Assembly (NCBI GenBank): GCA_035490095.1 | Contig: DATHHQ010000325.1 | Span: 1-62,759, forward strand | DNA: 62,759 nt | Reading direction: 5' to 3' | DNA from: Bradyrhizobium sp. | GTDB taxonomy: Bacteria > Pseudomonadota > Alphaproteobacteria > Rhizobiales > Xanthobacteraceae | Shown here: piece after piece, positions 1 through 9,804 of the stretch | Layout: every line of letters starts with the position of its first letter | How positions within the stretch are numbered: the stretch's first letter is position 1 | Translations under genes and position numbers: made by a program | The notes under the pieces: generated by a model | Database searches by the model: none | Told to the model about the DNA's origin: nothing | The model's input: only the letters and a program-made list of their open reading frames with translations

Positions 1-1170
1 GCCGCGCGCGTGCCAGGCGCCGTCGAGGCTCGCCGGCAACCGGATCGTCTCGGCAATCTCGGTGGCCGTGAGCCCGTGATTCATCAGGCGGATGGTCTGG
101 TCGTGCGCGAATTTGTAGAGATCGCGCTGCTGGCGGATCATGGTGTCGATGGGCTCAACGCCCCAGACCGGCCAATGGTGCTGGCCGCACATCGCCTGCG
201 CCTTGCCGCCCCACATCTGCAGCGCCTCGCCGAGATATTTCGACCAGGCCAGCGCGTCGCGCACGTCGGCGCCGCGGAACGGCAGCAGATTGTGGAAATT
301 ATGCGTGCAGTTTTCGGCCAGGTTCAGCAGCTGGTAGTGGGGAATGAAGAAATGCATTTCCGCCGGCGCCTCGGAGTTCGGCGCCATCTGGAATTCGAAT
401 TCGAGCCCATCGATGGTGCGCTTGTCTCCTGTCGCCATGATGAGATCTGAGGGACGCAATAGCGCAATCGAGCCGGCCGCCATCGACTTGCCAAGTCCGC
501 AATCGACCTGCCCGCGCGGGCCCTTTGCCAGGAACGGCCCGAACTGATATTGCGCGCGCCGCAGCATCGCAGGCCCGGCGATGATGTTTTCCGAGACGGC
601 ATGCTCCATGAAAAGGTTGGGCGCGATGATCGGGACGCGGCCGCTCGCCAGCATGTCTTCTTCAAGCACGCCACGCGCGCCGCCCCAATGGTCGGTATGG
701 GTGTGGGTAAAGATGACAGCGGCCACCGGCCGTGGTCCGCGGTGCTTGAAATAGAGCTCCATCGCCGCGCGCGCGCCTTCGATCGAGGTCAGGGTATCCA
801 CCACGATCACACCGCGCTCGCCCTCGATCAGCGTCATGTTGGCAATATCGAGCCCTCGGACTTGATAGACGCCGGGCACCACCTCGAAAAGTCCGTGGTT
901 CATGTTGAGGCGCGACTGCCGCCACAGGCTTGGATCGACCGTCGCGGGAGCCTCCGCGTCGGCAAGAAAGCCGTAAGCCTCGAGGCTCCAGACCACCCTG
1001 CCCTGCGCCGAGGTGATCCGCGCATTTTCCAGGGTGCCGATAAAGCCGCGCGACGCATCGTCGAAATCGTTTGTATCCGAGAACGGCAGCGCTTTCAGCG
1101 TCGCCGCATGCTGGGCGACAACCGACACCGATGCTTCCTTGGGTGCTTCGCTGGTGCCTGTTTGGGTCAT
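1..1170 (-). CDS. Alkyl/aryl sulfatase (SdsA1-like metallo-beta-lactamase fold), 3' end runs off the window
   Basis: Not in the ORF track because there is no stop in the window. Manual minus-strand translation from ATG at 1170 gives MTQTGTSEAPKEAS...LWRQSRLN...FTHTHTDHWGG...QHHWPVWG...QRDLYKFAHDQTIRLMNHG, which are SdsA1-type motifs. Confidence 0.92.
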   Translation of the reverse strand, partial: MTQTGTSEAPKEASVSVVAQHAATLKALPFSDTNDFDDASRGFIGTLENARITSAQGRVVWSLEAYGFLADAEAPATVDPSLWRQSRLNMNHGLFEVVPGVYQVRGLDIANMTLIEGERGVIVVDTLTSIEGARAAMELYFKHRGPRPVAAVIFTHTHTDHWGGARGVLEEDMLASGRVPIIAPNLFMEHAVSENIIAGPAMLRRAQYQFGPFLAKGPRGQVDCGLGKSMAAGSIALLRPSDLIMATGDKRTIDGLEFEFQMAPNSEAPAEMHFFIPHYQLLNLAENCTHNFHNLLPFRGADVRDALAWSKYLGEALQMWGGKAQAMCGQHHWPVWGVEPIDTMIRQQRDLYKFAHDQTIRLMNHGLTATEIAETIRLPASLDGAWHARG

Positions 1171-1241
1171 GTCGTTGTTCTCCCTCAAAAGCTGACGTCT
1201 GTCGTCAAAAGCCTCCGGCATGACCGGCACAGTAATCGGTC

Positions 1242-1340
1242 GTCATCGCCCGCGAAAGCGGGCGATCCAGTATTCCGAGACGTCAGTGATGAGACAGAAA
1301 AATCGCGGCGTACTGGATACCCGCCTGCGCGGGGTATGAC
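1242..1340. repeat. REP-like palindromic intergenic element
   Basis: GTCAT...ATGAC termini, internal hairpin CGCCCGCGAAAGCGGGCG and paired TCCAGTA/TACTGGA. Confidence 0.8.
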
Positions 1341-1377
1341 GAATCCCTTGGAGAGGTGGAGCCGGGAACGTCGACGC

Positions 1378-1495
1378 GTCATTTGCGAGGAGCAAAGCGA
1401 CGAAGCAATCCAGCACTTACTTTCTCAAAGCGTGGATTGTCTCGCGGAGCCTGTCATCGGGCGCGCAGTCGCGCGACCCGTTGGCTCGCAATGAC
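1378..1495. repeat. Second REP/RPE-like palindromic element
   Basis: GTCATTTGCGAG...CTCGCAATGAC termini with internal CAATCCA/TGGATTG pairing. Confidence 0.8.
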
Positions 1496-1522
1496 GACCC
1501 AAATGATCCCGCCGTCGTCGTC

Positions 1523-2527
1523 TCACTTCTTGACCTTGCTCGCATCCATCTTGATCGACGGGTCGAGCAGCCTGGTCGTAAACGCGGTTTCCACCGCGAA
1601 CGGCTTTTCCATGCCGAGATAGTTCTGCACCAGCTCGTAGTCCTTTTTCATCCGCTCGGCGTCGATCCAGCCTAGCGCCTTGGTGGTGGTGAACTCGTCG
1701 GTCATCAGGAATTTGATGCGCTCCCACTGCCGTTCCTGGTTCTCCTTGTCGTGACCGGACACCTGATCGAGCAGCGCCTTCAGGCACGGGGTGACGTCGG
1801 CGACGCAGGCGGCAAACGCCTTCTGGCTGATCTTGACGAAGTCCTCGGCCAGCTTCGGATTTTTTTCCAGGAACTCGCCGTTGACGACCAGTGAATTGCC
1901 GTACGGATTGAGGCCGATATCCTTCCAGTTCATGAAGCCGAGGTCGCTGCCGAACTCGATGACCTTCAAATCATGCTCGTTGTAGAAATCGCTGATGATA
2001 TCGACGGTATGGCTCTTCAGCGCCGCGATCTTGGCGGTCGGGCCGACATTGACGAAACTTACCGCGTCGGCCGCGATGCCCGCTGCCTTGGCGAACGCCG
2101 GCCACATCACCCGCGAGGCATCGCCCGGCGGATTGCCGATCTTGTGGCCGGGAAAGTCCTTGGCGCCGTTAACGCCATAGCTCTTCAGCCAATAGAAGGT
2201 TTGCCCGGTATTGGCGTAGATGCTCATCAGCGCCACGACATCGGCGCCCTTGCTGCGCGCCACCAGCATGGTGGCGAGATCCGCGATACCGAACGGCGAG
2301 CCGCCGGAGCCTACTTTCAGCGACGAAACGCCGGACCCCTTGCCGACCTCGATATTGAGATCGATGCCGGCCTTTGCGTACCAGCCTTGCGCCTTGGCGT
2401 AGTAAAATGGCGAATGATCCGCGGTCGGCGTCCAGTTCAATATCAAATTGATGGACTCGGCTGCGTACGAGGGAGCAGCCGGCGCAACAAGCGCGAGCGC
2501 CAGTCCTGCAACCCTTAAGCCTTTCAT
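1523..2527 (-). CDS. ABC transporter substrate-binding protein, NMT1/THI5-like
   Basis: Signal peptide MKGLRVAGLALAL, LNWTPTADHSPFYYAKAQGWY motif, RBS GAGGAG upstream. Confidence 0.9.
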   Translation of the reverse strand: MKGLRVAGLALALVAPAAPSYAAESINLILNWTPTADHSPFYYAKAQGWYAKAGIDLNIEVGKGSGVSSLKVGSGGSPFGIADLATMLVARSKGADVVALMSIYANTGQTFYWLKSYGVNGAKDFPGHKIGNPPGDASRVMWPAFAKAAGIAADAVSFVNVGPTAKIAALKSHTVDIISDFYNEHDLKVIEFGSDLGFMNWKDIGLNPYGNSLVVNGEFLEKNPKLAEDFVKISQKAFAACVADVTPCLKALLDQVSGHDKENQERQWERIKFLMTDEFTTTKALGWIDAERMKKDYELVQNYLGMEKPFAVETAFTTRLLDPSIKMDASKVKK

Positions 2528-2628
2528 GGCAGCTCTCCTCGTTTGTACAGGCCCCGATCGAATTAGCCGGCGGCCTTGTCGTTGCGCGTCCGCCGGTCTA
2601 CCAATGCAACAAGGGACGGACCCAATTG

Positions 2629-2644
2629 TCAACTGTCTGGTTGG
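2629..2644. promoter_or_regulatory. Putative TetR operator, degenerate copy (TCAACTG-TC-TGGTTGG)
   Basis: Matches the perfect palindrome at 3303-3318 and sits directly before the tetR start in the divergent region. Confidence 0.6.
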
Positions 2645-2646
2645 AA

Positions 2647-3294
2647 ATGCCTAAACCACGATCAAATGGGACCAAGCCGGTGCGGCGCGATCCGGTCGCC
2701 ACACGGCAGAAACTGCTGGTTGCGGCGCGGCGCGAATTTGCGCAAAGCGGCCTTGCCGGCGCCAGGGTCGACGAAATCGCGGCCCGCGCCGGCGTCAACA
2801 AGCAGCTGGTCTATCATTATTTCGGCGACAAGGACGCGCTCTACCTTGCGGTGCTGGAATGGGTTTACGAGGAGATCCGGACCCAGGAGCGCAAGCTGAA
2901 CCTCGAGGGCCTGCCGCCGGAACAGGCCATCAAGAAGCTGATCGAGAGTTCGTTCGACCACCTCGCCACGCATCCCGATTTCATCGTGCTGCTCAACGAT
3001 GAAAATCGCGGCGGCGCCCGACATGTGCGCGGCTCCACAAAGATCGAGGCCATGCATTCACCTTTGGTCAGCATGGTCTCGAAAATTCTCAAACAGGGCG
3101 TGCGGGCCGGAACCTTTCGCAAGGGCATCAACCCGGTGCATCTCTACATCTCCATTGCGGGCCTCAGCTATTTCTTCTTTTCCAATACGCCCACGCTGTC
3201 GGCGATCTTCGGCAGCGACCTGGCCAGCGCAGCCGCCAAGCGGGCTCGCCGCAAGCACGTGGTCGACCTGGTCCTGCAGGCATTGCGGCCCTGA
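2647..3294 (+). CDS. TetR-family regulator, RutR/NicS-like
   Basis: HTH GARVDEIAARAGVNKQLVYHYFGDK; C-terminal LYISIAGLSYFFFSN. Confidence 0.92.
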   Translation: MPKPRSNGTKPVRRDPVATRQKLLVAARREFAQSGLAGARVDEIAARAGVNKQLVYHYFGDKDALYLAVLEWVYEEIRTQERKLNLEGLPPEQAIKKLIESSFDHLATHPDFIVLLNDENRGGARHVRGSTKIEAMHSPLVSMVSKILKQGVRAGTFRKGINPVHLYISIAGLSYFFFSNTPTLSAIFGSDLASAAAKRARRKHVVDLVLQALRP

Positions 3295-3302
3295 CCGATT
3301 AA

Positions 3303-3318
3303 TCAACCAACTGGTTGA
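3303..3318. promoter_or_regulatory. Putative TetR operator TCAACCA-AC-TGGTTGA
   Basis: Perfect 7-2-7 palindrome upstream of the permease operon; same architecture as the RutR box TTGACCAnnTGGTCAA. Confidence 0.7.
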
Positions 3319-3398
3319 AACCTGGCGGGATGCGCGATAGGCTGGCCGGGTCCGCTTGCGATAGGGCAAAACGCAAGAGCGCCAAGAAGGAGCACATA

Positions 3399-4169
3399 GT
3401 GTCCAGTGACGGAATGCGCTCGGTGCGGTCTGTTGCGATCATCCTGATCGTGCACCTCGCCGTGATCGTGCTGTGGCAGGTCCTGGTCGACGCTTTCCAC
3501 GTGCCGAAATTCGTACTGCCGTCGCCGTTGGCAACGGTCGCGACGCTGACATCGGCAAAATACGCATGGCTTTCCAACCTTGCGGTGACCGCGGTGGAAA
3601 TCCTCGGCGGCTTCGCGCTCGGCGCCTTTGTCGGCGTGGCGCTGGCGGTGCTGTTCTGCTGGTCGCCGCTGGTAAGCCTGCTGTTGCTGCCGCTGTTCGT
3701 CACGCTGAACATGATCCCGAAAGTGGCGCTGGGCCCGCTGTTCATCGTCTGGTTCAGCTACGGCATATTTCCGAATATCCTGATTGCCTTCAGCATCTGC
3801 TTTTTTCCGATCCTGCTGACGACCGCGCGCGGACTGAACGAGGTCGAGCCCGATCTCCTGGACCTTGTGAAATCGCTGCGCGGCTCGCGCTGGACGTTGT
3901 TCCGCAAGATCCAGCTGCCCGGCGCGTTGCCATATGTATTCTCCGGCATGAAGGTCGGCGCCATTTTGGCCGTCGCCGGCGCGATCGTCGGCGAGTTCAT
4001 CGCCTCAGAACGCGGGCTCGGCTATCTCATGATTCAGGTGCAGTCCTCGCTCGACACGCCGGCCATGGTGATGGCGGTCGTGCTCCTGACGTTGCTTGGG
4101 GTCGCGCTCTACGGCCTGGTGCTTGGCCTCGAACGGCTGTTCGTGGTCAGGGACGTCCGGCTGCAATAA
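3399..4169 (+). CDS. ABC transporter permease, NitT/TauT family
   Basis: Hydrophobic; QLPGALPYVFSGMK, GAIVGEFIASERGLG. GTG start after AAGGAG. Confidence 0.9.
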   Translation: MSSDGMRSVRSVAIILIVHLAVIVLWQVLVDAFHVPKFVLPSPLATVATLTSAKYAWLSNLAVTAVEILGGFALGAFVGVALAVLFCWSPLVSLLLLPLFVTLNMIPKVALGPLFIVWFSYGIFPNILIAFSICFFPILLTTARGLNEVEPDLLDLVKSLRGSRWTLFRKIQLPGALPYVFSGMKVGAILAVAGAIVGEFIASERGLGYLMIQVQSSLDTPAMVMAVVLLTLLGVALYGLVLGLERLFVVRDVRLQ

Positions 4170-4188
4170 AATAGATCAGGGAAGAAAT

Positions 4189-5226
4189 ATGCTGCTGACG
4201 CGCGCCAATCTGCCGGACACCATTGCTGACATCGCAGTGCTTGACGAGCTGTTGTGCCGGCCGAGCCAGGCGCTGATCGACGATCTGGCGAAAGTCGACG
4301 GCGACATCATGATCCTCGGCGTCGCCGGGAAAATGGGGCCAACGCTCGCCGGCCTCGCCAAGGCCGCCCTGCCTGATCGCCGCGTCATCGGCGTCGCACG
4401 CTTCAGCGACGAGGGTGTGAAGACGTGGCTCGAAGCCCGTGGCATTGAAACACTCAATTGCGACCTGCTCGATGACGCCGCCATCAGGGCGTTGCCAAAA
4501 GTCAAAAACATCATCTTCATGGCCGGACGCAAGTTTGGCGCGGAGGGCGACCTGTCGCTGACCTGGGCGATGAACGCCCACGTCCCCGCTTTGGTCGCGC
4601 AGGCCTTTTGTCGTCAGCGGATCGTGGCATTCTCGACCGGCTGCGTCTACCCGTTCGTGCCGGTGGATGGAACGGGTGCCGATGAAGATCTTGCGCCCAA
4701 TCCGCCCGGCGAATATGCGCAATCCTGCGTTGGACGCGAGCGCATGTTCGAATATTTCTCGCGCCAGTTTGCAACACCCGGCCGCTTGTTCCGGCTGAAC
4801 TACGCGATCGACATGCGCTACGGCGTGCTGCACGACATCGCGACCAAGATACTACAAAGCAAGCCGATCGACGTCAGCCTTGGGCATGTCAACTTCATCT
4901 GGCAAGGCGATGCCGCCGCGCAGGCGCTGCGCTGCCTCGCACATTGCGACACGCCGACCTCGCCGATCAATGTCAGCGGCCATGAAATCCTCGCCGTGCG
5001 CGATCTCGCGGCAAAGCTCGGCGCGCGGCTCGGCCGCGATCCCGTCATCGTCGGTACCGAACAGCCGACGGCCTGGCTCACCGACACCTCGCAGGCGGTC
5101 AGATTGTTCGGCCTGCCGATGGTCGACACCGCGCAATTGATCGCCTGGACCGCGGACTGGGTCGCGCGCGCGATGCCCAGCCTCGGCAAGCCCACCAAAT
5201 ACGAGGTGCGCGATGGCCGATACTGA
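4189..5226 (+). CDS. NAD-dependent epimerase/dehydratase family protein
   Basis: ILGVAGKMG Rossmann motif, FSTGCVYP, RLNYA. Confidence 0.85.
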   Translation: MLLTRANLPDTIADIAVLDELLCRPSQALIDDLAKVDGDIMILGVAGKMGPTLAGLAKAALPDRRVIGVARFSDEGVKTWLEARGIETLNCDLLDDAAIRALPKVKNIIFMAGRKFGAEGDLSLTWAMNAHVPALVAQAFCRQRIVAFSTGCVYPFVPVDGTGADEDLAPNPPGEYAQSCVGRERMFEYFSRQFATPGRLFRLNYAIDMRYGVLHDIATKILQSKPIDVSLGHVNFIWQGDAAAQALRCLAHCDTPTSPINVSGHEILAVRDLAAKLGARLGRDPVIVGTEQPTAWLTDTSQAVRLFGLPMVDTAQLIAWTADWVARAMPSLGKPTKYEVRDGRY

Positions 5227-6046
5227 TCCCATCGCCATCGTAGAGCTCGGTCCCGGCGACGCGCGCGCCGGACTTGAACTATCGGCCGAGGCACACTGGA
5301 ATCAGAACGAGGCCGATTGGCGTTTTTTCCTGAGCCAGGGAACCGTGTTCGGCGTGCGCGATGGCGGCGGTCACCTGATCGCTACCGCAGCACTGCTGCC
5401 CTACACCTCCGGCAACGCCTGGATCAGCATGGTGTTGGTGACCGCGAACTGGCGCCGCCGCGGTCTTGCAACCAAATTGGTGGATGCGTGTCTTGAGGCC
5501 GCAGCGGCGCAAGGCCTCACCACCTGGCTCGATGCGACACCGGCGGGCGCCACGGTCTATGGTCCGCTGGGATTTGCGCCGACGCTGCAGCTGCGGAGAC
5601 TGCGCCTTGAGAATGCGATGTCGACCAAGGCCGAAGCGCCACCATCGCTGGTGCCCTGCGGTATTGAGAGATTCACGGTGCAGGACCGCCTCGCCATGGG
5701 TTTTGACCGCGGCACGCTGCTGATGGAGCTCAGCGGGCGTTCCGGCTCGCGGCTGTTGTCGAGCAATGATGCGCTTGCGCTCGTCCGCGGCGGAAGGAAA
5801 GCGCGGCATATCGGCCCCTTGTTTGCAGATCGTCCGGATCAGGCGCTTGCGATGGTCAACGAGATCGTTTGGTCCGAGACCGGACCGCTGCTGATCGATG
5901 CCGTCAGCGAGCAGGACGAATTCTTGAAGGGCCTGACCAACTCCGGCTGGCGGATCGAGCGGCCGTTCCAGCGGATGCGATTTGGCCACGCCGCCGCCCA
6001 ACTTGCAAAGCTGCCGTTCGCCGTCGCCGGCCCGGAATATGGATAA
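5213..6046 (+). CDS. GNAT-family N-acetyltransferase
   Basis: Acetyl-CoA motif VLVTANWRRRGLAT and LDATPAGATVYGPLGF. Confidence 0.85.
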   Translation: MADTDPIAIVELGPGDARAGLELSAEAHWNQNEADWRFFLSQGTVFGVRDGGGHLIATAALLPYTSGNAWISMVLVTANWRRRGLATKLVDACLEAAAAQGLTTWLDATPAGATVYGPLGFAPTLQLRRLRLENAMSTKAEAPPSLVPCGIERFTVQDRLAMGFDRGTLLMELSGRSGSRLLSSNDALALVRGGRKARHIGPLFADRPDQALAMVNEIVWSETGPLLIDAVSEQDEFLKGLTNSGWRIERPFQRMRFGHAAAQLAKLPFAVAGPEYG

Positions 6047-6057
6047 GGATACGCACG

Positions 6058-7113
6058 ATGCACCATAGCGCGATGAAATCCGAGGTGCGGCGTTTGATCG
6101 CCGATGGCACGGTTATTCCGGCGCACCCGCTGGCGCTCGACGCCGGCCGCGCGCTCGACATCACCCACCAGCGCGCGCTGACGCGCTATTATATCGACGC
6201 CGGCGCCGGCGGTCTTGCGGTCGGCGTCCACACCACGCAGTTCGCGATCCGCGATGTCGGGCTGTACCGGCCGGTGCTGGAACTGGCCGCGGAGACCGCG
6301 GCGGCCTGGACCAGGAAGCCGCTGGCGCTGGTCGCCGGGCTGGCCGGCCCGACACGGCAGGCCGCAGCTGAAGCGGAGGTCGCGCGCGGCATCGGCTATC
6401 ACGCTGGGCTGCTCAGTCTCGCCGCGATGAAATCCGCATCCGAACACGAGATCATCGCCCATTGCGAGACGGTGGCGCGCGAAATTCCGCTGGTCGGCTT
6501 CTATCTGCAGCCGGCAGTCGGCGGCGTCATCCTCAGCGCGGATTTCTGGCGGCGTTTTGCAGCAATCGACAATGTCATCGCCATCAAGATCGCGCCGTTC
6601 AATCGTTACCGCACGCTCGACGTCCTGCGCGGTGTAGCCGCCGCGGGCGCGCTCGATCGTGTCGCGCTTTATACCGGCAATGACGACCATATCCTGCTCG
6701 ACCTCACGCTGCCGTTCGATCTGCGCGACAAGGGCGTCACCACGCGCACCTATTTCCGCGGCGGTCTGCTCGGCCACTGGTCGGTATGGACCGCGAGCGC
6801 CATCCAGCAATTCGAGATGTGCCGGGCCGCCCGTCACAAGGACACGGTGCCATCAGATCTGTTGGCACTCGATGCCCGCGTCACCGACTGCAACAGCGCG
6901 TTTTTCGACGTCGCCAACAATTTCCACGGCTGCATCGCCGGCTGTCACGAAATTCTGCGGCGGCAGGGACTGCTGGAGGGAATCTGGTGTCTCGATCCGG
7001 CCGAGGGTCTCAGCCCCGGCCAGATGCAGGAGATCGACCGCGTTTGCACCGAGCATGCCGACCTCGCCGACGACGATTTCGTTGCCGCCCGCTTGCAGAA
7101 ATGGCTTGCATGA
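6058..7113 (+). CDS. Dihydrodipicolinate synthase/NAL-family aldolase-like protein
   Basis: GVHTTQF, GFYLQP, Schiff-base Lys in AIKIAPF, YTGNDD. Confidence 0.85.
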   Translation: MHHSAMKSEVRRLIADGTVIPAHPLALDAGRALDITHQRALTRYYIDAGAGGLAVGVHTTQFAIRDVGLYRPVLELAAETAAAWTRKPLALVAGLAGPTRQAAAEAEVARGIGYHAGLLSLAAMKSASEHEIIAHCETVAREIPLVGFYLQPAVGGVILSADFWRRFAAIDNVIAIKIAPFNRYRTLDVLRGVAAAGALDRVALYTGNDDHILLDLTLPFDLRDKGVTTRTYFRGGLLGHWSVWTASAIQQFEMCRAARHKDTVPSDLLALDARVTDCNSAFFDVANNFHGCIAGCHEILRRQGLLEGIWCLDPAEGLSPGQMQEIDRVCTEHADLADDDFVAARLQKWLA

Positions 7114-7883
7114 CGGCAGAGCCCTTCATCCGCCTGCGCAACGTCCGCAAGGTCTATCGTTCGCAAGGCACGGAATTTCTGGCGGTCTCCGACGTCACCA
7201 TGGATGTAAGCGAAGGCGAATTGATCTCGCTGGTCGGCCCGTCCGGCTGCGGCAAGACCACGGTGCTGAAGATACTGGCCGGACTTCACGACGCCGACGG
7301 CGGCACCATCGAGATCGGCAACGCGCGCACGCCGTTCGATCCGGCGCGCGACATCGGCATGGTGTTTCAGCAGGCGCTGCTGTTGAAATGGCGAACCGTG
7401 CTCGACAACGTCCTGCTGCCGGCGGAGATCGTCGGGCTGCCGATGAAGGCATCGCGCTCGCGGGCGCGCGATCTGCTCAATCTGGTCGGGCTTGCCGGCT
7501 ATGAGGACAAATATCCGCAGCAACTGTCCGGCGGCATGCAGCAGCGCACCGCGATCGCGCGCGCCTTCATCCACGATCCAAAGCTGATCCTGATGGATGA
7601 GCCGTTTGGCGCGCTCGATGCGCTGACCCGGGAGCAGATGAATCTTGAAATGCTGCGGATCTGGCGCGAAAGTGGCAAGACCATCATCTTTGTGACGCAC
7701 AGCATCCAGGAAGCAGTGTTCCTCGCCTCGCACTGCGCCGTTCTCACCGCGAGCCCCGCGCGGATGGCGGAATATTTCCCGATCGATCTGCCGTTCCCGC
7801 GCGCGCTGCCGATCAAGACCACGGATGAATTCGGCGCCTATGCCCGCCGGATTTATGCGAGCCTTGGGCTTGGCGCCAATTGA
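7110..7883 (+). CDS. ABC transporter ATP-binding protein, NitT/TauT family
   Basis: [22 protein letters not shown]; ATGA overlap with the previous gene. Confidence 0.93.
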   Translation: MTAEPFIRLRNVRKVYRSQGTEFLAVSDVTMDVSEGELISLVGPSGCGKTTVLKILAGLHDADGGTIEIGNARTPFDPARDIGMVFQQALLLKWRTVLDNVLLPAEIVGLPMKASRSRARDLLNLVGLAGYEDKYPQQLSGGMQQRTAIARAFIHDPKLILMDEPFGALDALTREQMNLEMLRIWRESGKTIIFVTHSIQEAVFLASHCAVLTASPARMAEYFPIDLPFPRALPIKTTDEFGAYARRIYASLGLGAN

Positions 7884-7982
7884 CTAACCCATCAAGGGCG
7901 ACGAATCTGAGCAGACCTGCGCGGGCTGATTTGTCGTGCCATCATCTAACGCCCCCTACTTCCATTCGCCGGGCCTCATCAC

Positions 7983-8690
7983 ATGGGATATTTCGTCACC
8001 GCACATGTCACCCGGACCGCGCCGGACGTGGCGCGGCTGAAGATGCTTCCTCCCGGTCTCGCGTGGGCGGTATATCAGGACCAAGACGTGCCGGCCTGGT
8101 ACCTCGACACGTTCAAGGCGGGCCTGAAGCAAAAATGGCCTTTTACGTCGACGCCTCTGACCAAGGACTTTCAGCTTGATCTTCCGGACGACCTCGGGGC
8201 TTTGACCAGAGTCCATGCGGCCCTGCAGAGCGCGCGTCTGTCGAATGGCTTCAAGCGAGTCTTCCTTAACGCCAACCTTTTCATCAGCAAAATACTACAA
8301 CGACCGGTTTGCAGCTTTTACTGCGATGATGACAGCCTTGACTTTGCGTGTGTATCGGACAATGGCGTGCTGCAACGCTTGCGGTGCGAATGCGGCGATC
8401 TGGAGATCGTGTACCAAAACGGCAGGGTGACCATACAGCCGTTTCAGCCTGAAGTTGAAGATGACGAAGGAGATTTAACCGACTTCCGTCAACTGCACGA
8501 TCCGGAAGCTGCTGTTGCAGTCTTGGAGCGGAACAAGGAACAGTCAACGCTCCTGCATTTCGTGGCTGGCTCGGAATTGGCCGCCTTTCTCGACATGCCA
8601 ACCGCTCCGCTCGGTTTGGGAAGCTTTGACGGCATCGAGAAAATGCCGCTCAAAATCGCATCAAGCGACGGCGGCGCCGCGACCGGCTAG
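7983..8690 (+). CDS. Hypothetical protein, 235 aa
   Basis: Long ORF filling the gap, protein-like composition, more AT-rich codons than neighbours; no motif recognised. Confidence 0.7.
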   Translation: MGYFVTAHVTRTAPDVARLKMLPPGLAWAVYQDQDVPAWYLDTFKAGLKQKWPFTSTPLTKDFQLDLPDDLGALTRVHAALQSARLSNGFKRVFLNANLFISKILQRPVCSFYCDDDSLDFACVSDNGVLQRLRCECGDLEIVYQNGRVTIQPFQPEVEDDEGDLTDFRQLHDPEAAVAVLERNKEQSTLLHFVAGSELAAFLDMPTAPLGLGSFDGIEKMPLKIASSDGGAATG

Positions 8691-9772
8691 ACCGGCGTGC
8701 GAAACTTCTTGTACAGCTCCTGAACCGCGGAGAGCGCCTGGTTGTTGAGCGGAAGCTTGATCGGCTCGCCGGATTCCGCGGAGAGATCCGCGGCGAGATA
8801 GGTCTCCATCACCCGGCGCGCGCTTTCCGGCGACACCATCGGCGGCTGGTCCCGCAATACGCATTCGAGGAAGTGCATGGTCTCGGGTCCCATCTGTCCG
8901 GCGTAGACGTGATCGACCCACTCGCCCGGCATGGTCGACATCGGATATTGCGTCCCCTCCTTCATCGTATTGAGCCAGTTGGAACGCTGCGTATCGTCGA
9001 GAAATAGGGAGCCTTCGGTTCCGGTGATCTCGATGGTGGTGGCGCAGTAGTTCGGATAGCTTGGCGGCAGGTTCCAGCCGCCGCCGATCGAAACCAGCAC
9101 GCCATTGTCCATGGTCACGGTGCTCCACATGATGTCATAGGAGCCGTTGACCGCTTGCATGTAGCCGTAGGCGCCCTGCGAATAGACGCGGATGGGCTTG
9201 GCCGGCTCGAGCAGCCAGAACACGAAATCGAGATCGTGGGTCGATTCCATCGTCGCCGGCGACAGCCGGCCGCGGCTTGCGATCTTCTGGCCGAGGCTGC
9301 GCGAGAGATGCCGGCTCACCATCACCGACACCGGCTTGCCCAGCGTGCCGTCGGTGATCTTCTTCCTGGCGTAGGCGAGCTTTGGGTTGAAGCGCTGCGA
9401 GTAGCCGATGGTGAATTTGAGATTGCCGCGCCTGGCGATCTCGATCAGCTCGTCGGCCTCGAACAGTTCGAGCGCGATCGGCTTTTCCAGCAGCACGTGC
9501 TTGCCGGCCTTGAGGCAATCGCGCGCGATCGGGTAGTGGTTGGATTCTGGCGTCGTCGAGATGTAGACCACCTTGATGCGGTCGTTCTTGAGGATGTCGC
9601 GATAGTCTGATGTCGCGGTTGCCGCGTTTGTCAGCTTCTTGACCTCGGCTAGGCGGTCGGGCCTGATTTCACAGATGTGAAGCTTGTCGACGATCGAGGA
9701 GCGCGACAGCGTTTCCGCCCGTATGCCCCCGCACCAGCCGGTTCCGATCACCGCGACTTCGACCTGTTGCAC
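8687..9772 (-). CDS. Gfo/Idh/MocA-family oxidoreductase
   Basis: VAVIGTGWCG, GKHVLLEKP, HDLD; GTG start after CAGGAG. Confidence 0.9.
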   Translation of the reverse strand: MQQVEVAVIGTGWCGGIRAETLSRSSIVDKLHICEIRPDRLAEVKKLTNAATATSDYRDILKNDRIKVVYISTTPESNHYPIARDCLKAGKHVLLEKPIALELFEADELIEIARRGNLKFTIGYSQRFNPKLAYARKKITDGTLGKPVSVMVSRHLSRSLGQKIASRGRLSPATMESTHDLDFVFWLLEPAKPIRVYSQGAYGYMQAVNGSYDIMWSTVTMDNGVLVSIGGGWNLPPSYPNYCATTIEITGTEGSLFLDDTQRSNWLNTMKEGTQYPMSTMPGEWVDHVYAGQMGPETMHFLECVLRDQPPMVSPESARRVMETYLAADLSAESGEPIKLPLNNQALSAVQELYKKFRTPV

Positions 9773-9804
9773 GCTCGTCTCCTGTTTCCATGTCTCGCGG
9801 CTGC

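Noticed and set aside
550-1494. 314-aa plus-strand ORF (and 10..450)
   Set aside because: Antisense shadow of the alkyl sulfatase, running on into palindromic repeats.
7884-7905. Possible inverted GGGTC half-site before the orphan ORF (TAACCCATC...)
   Set aside because: Too degenerate, and there is no partner element downstream.
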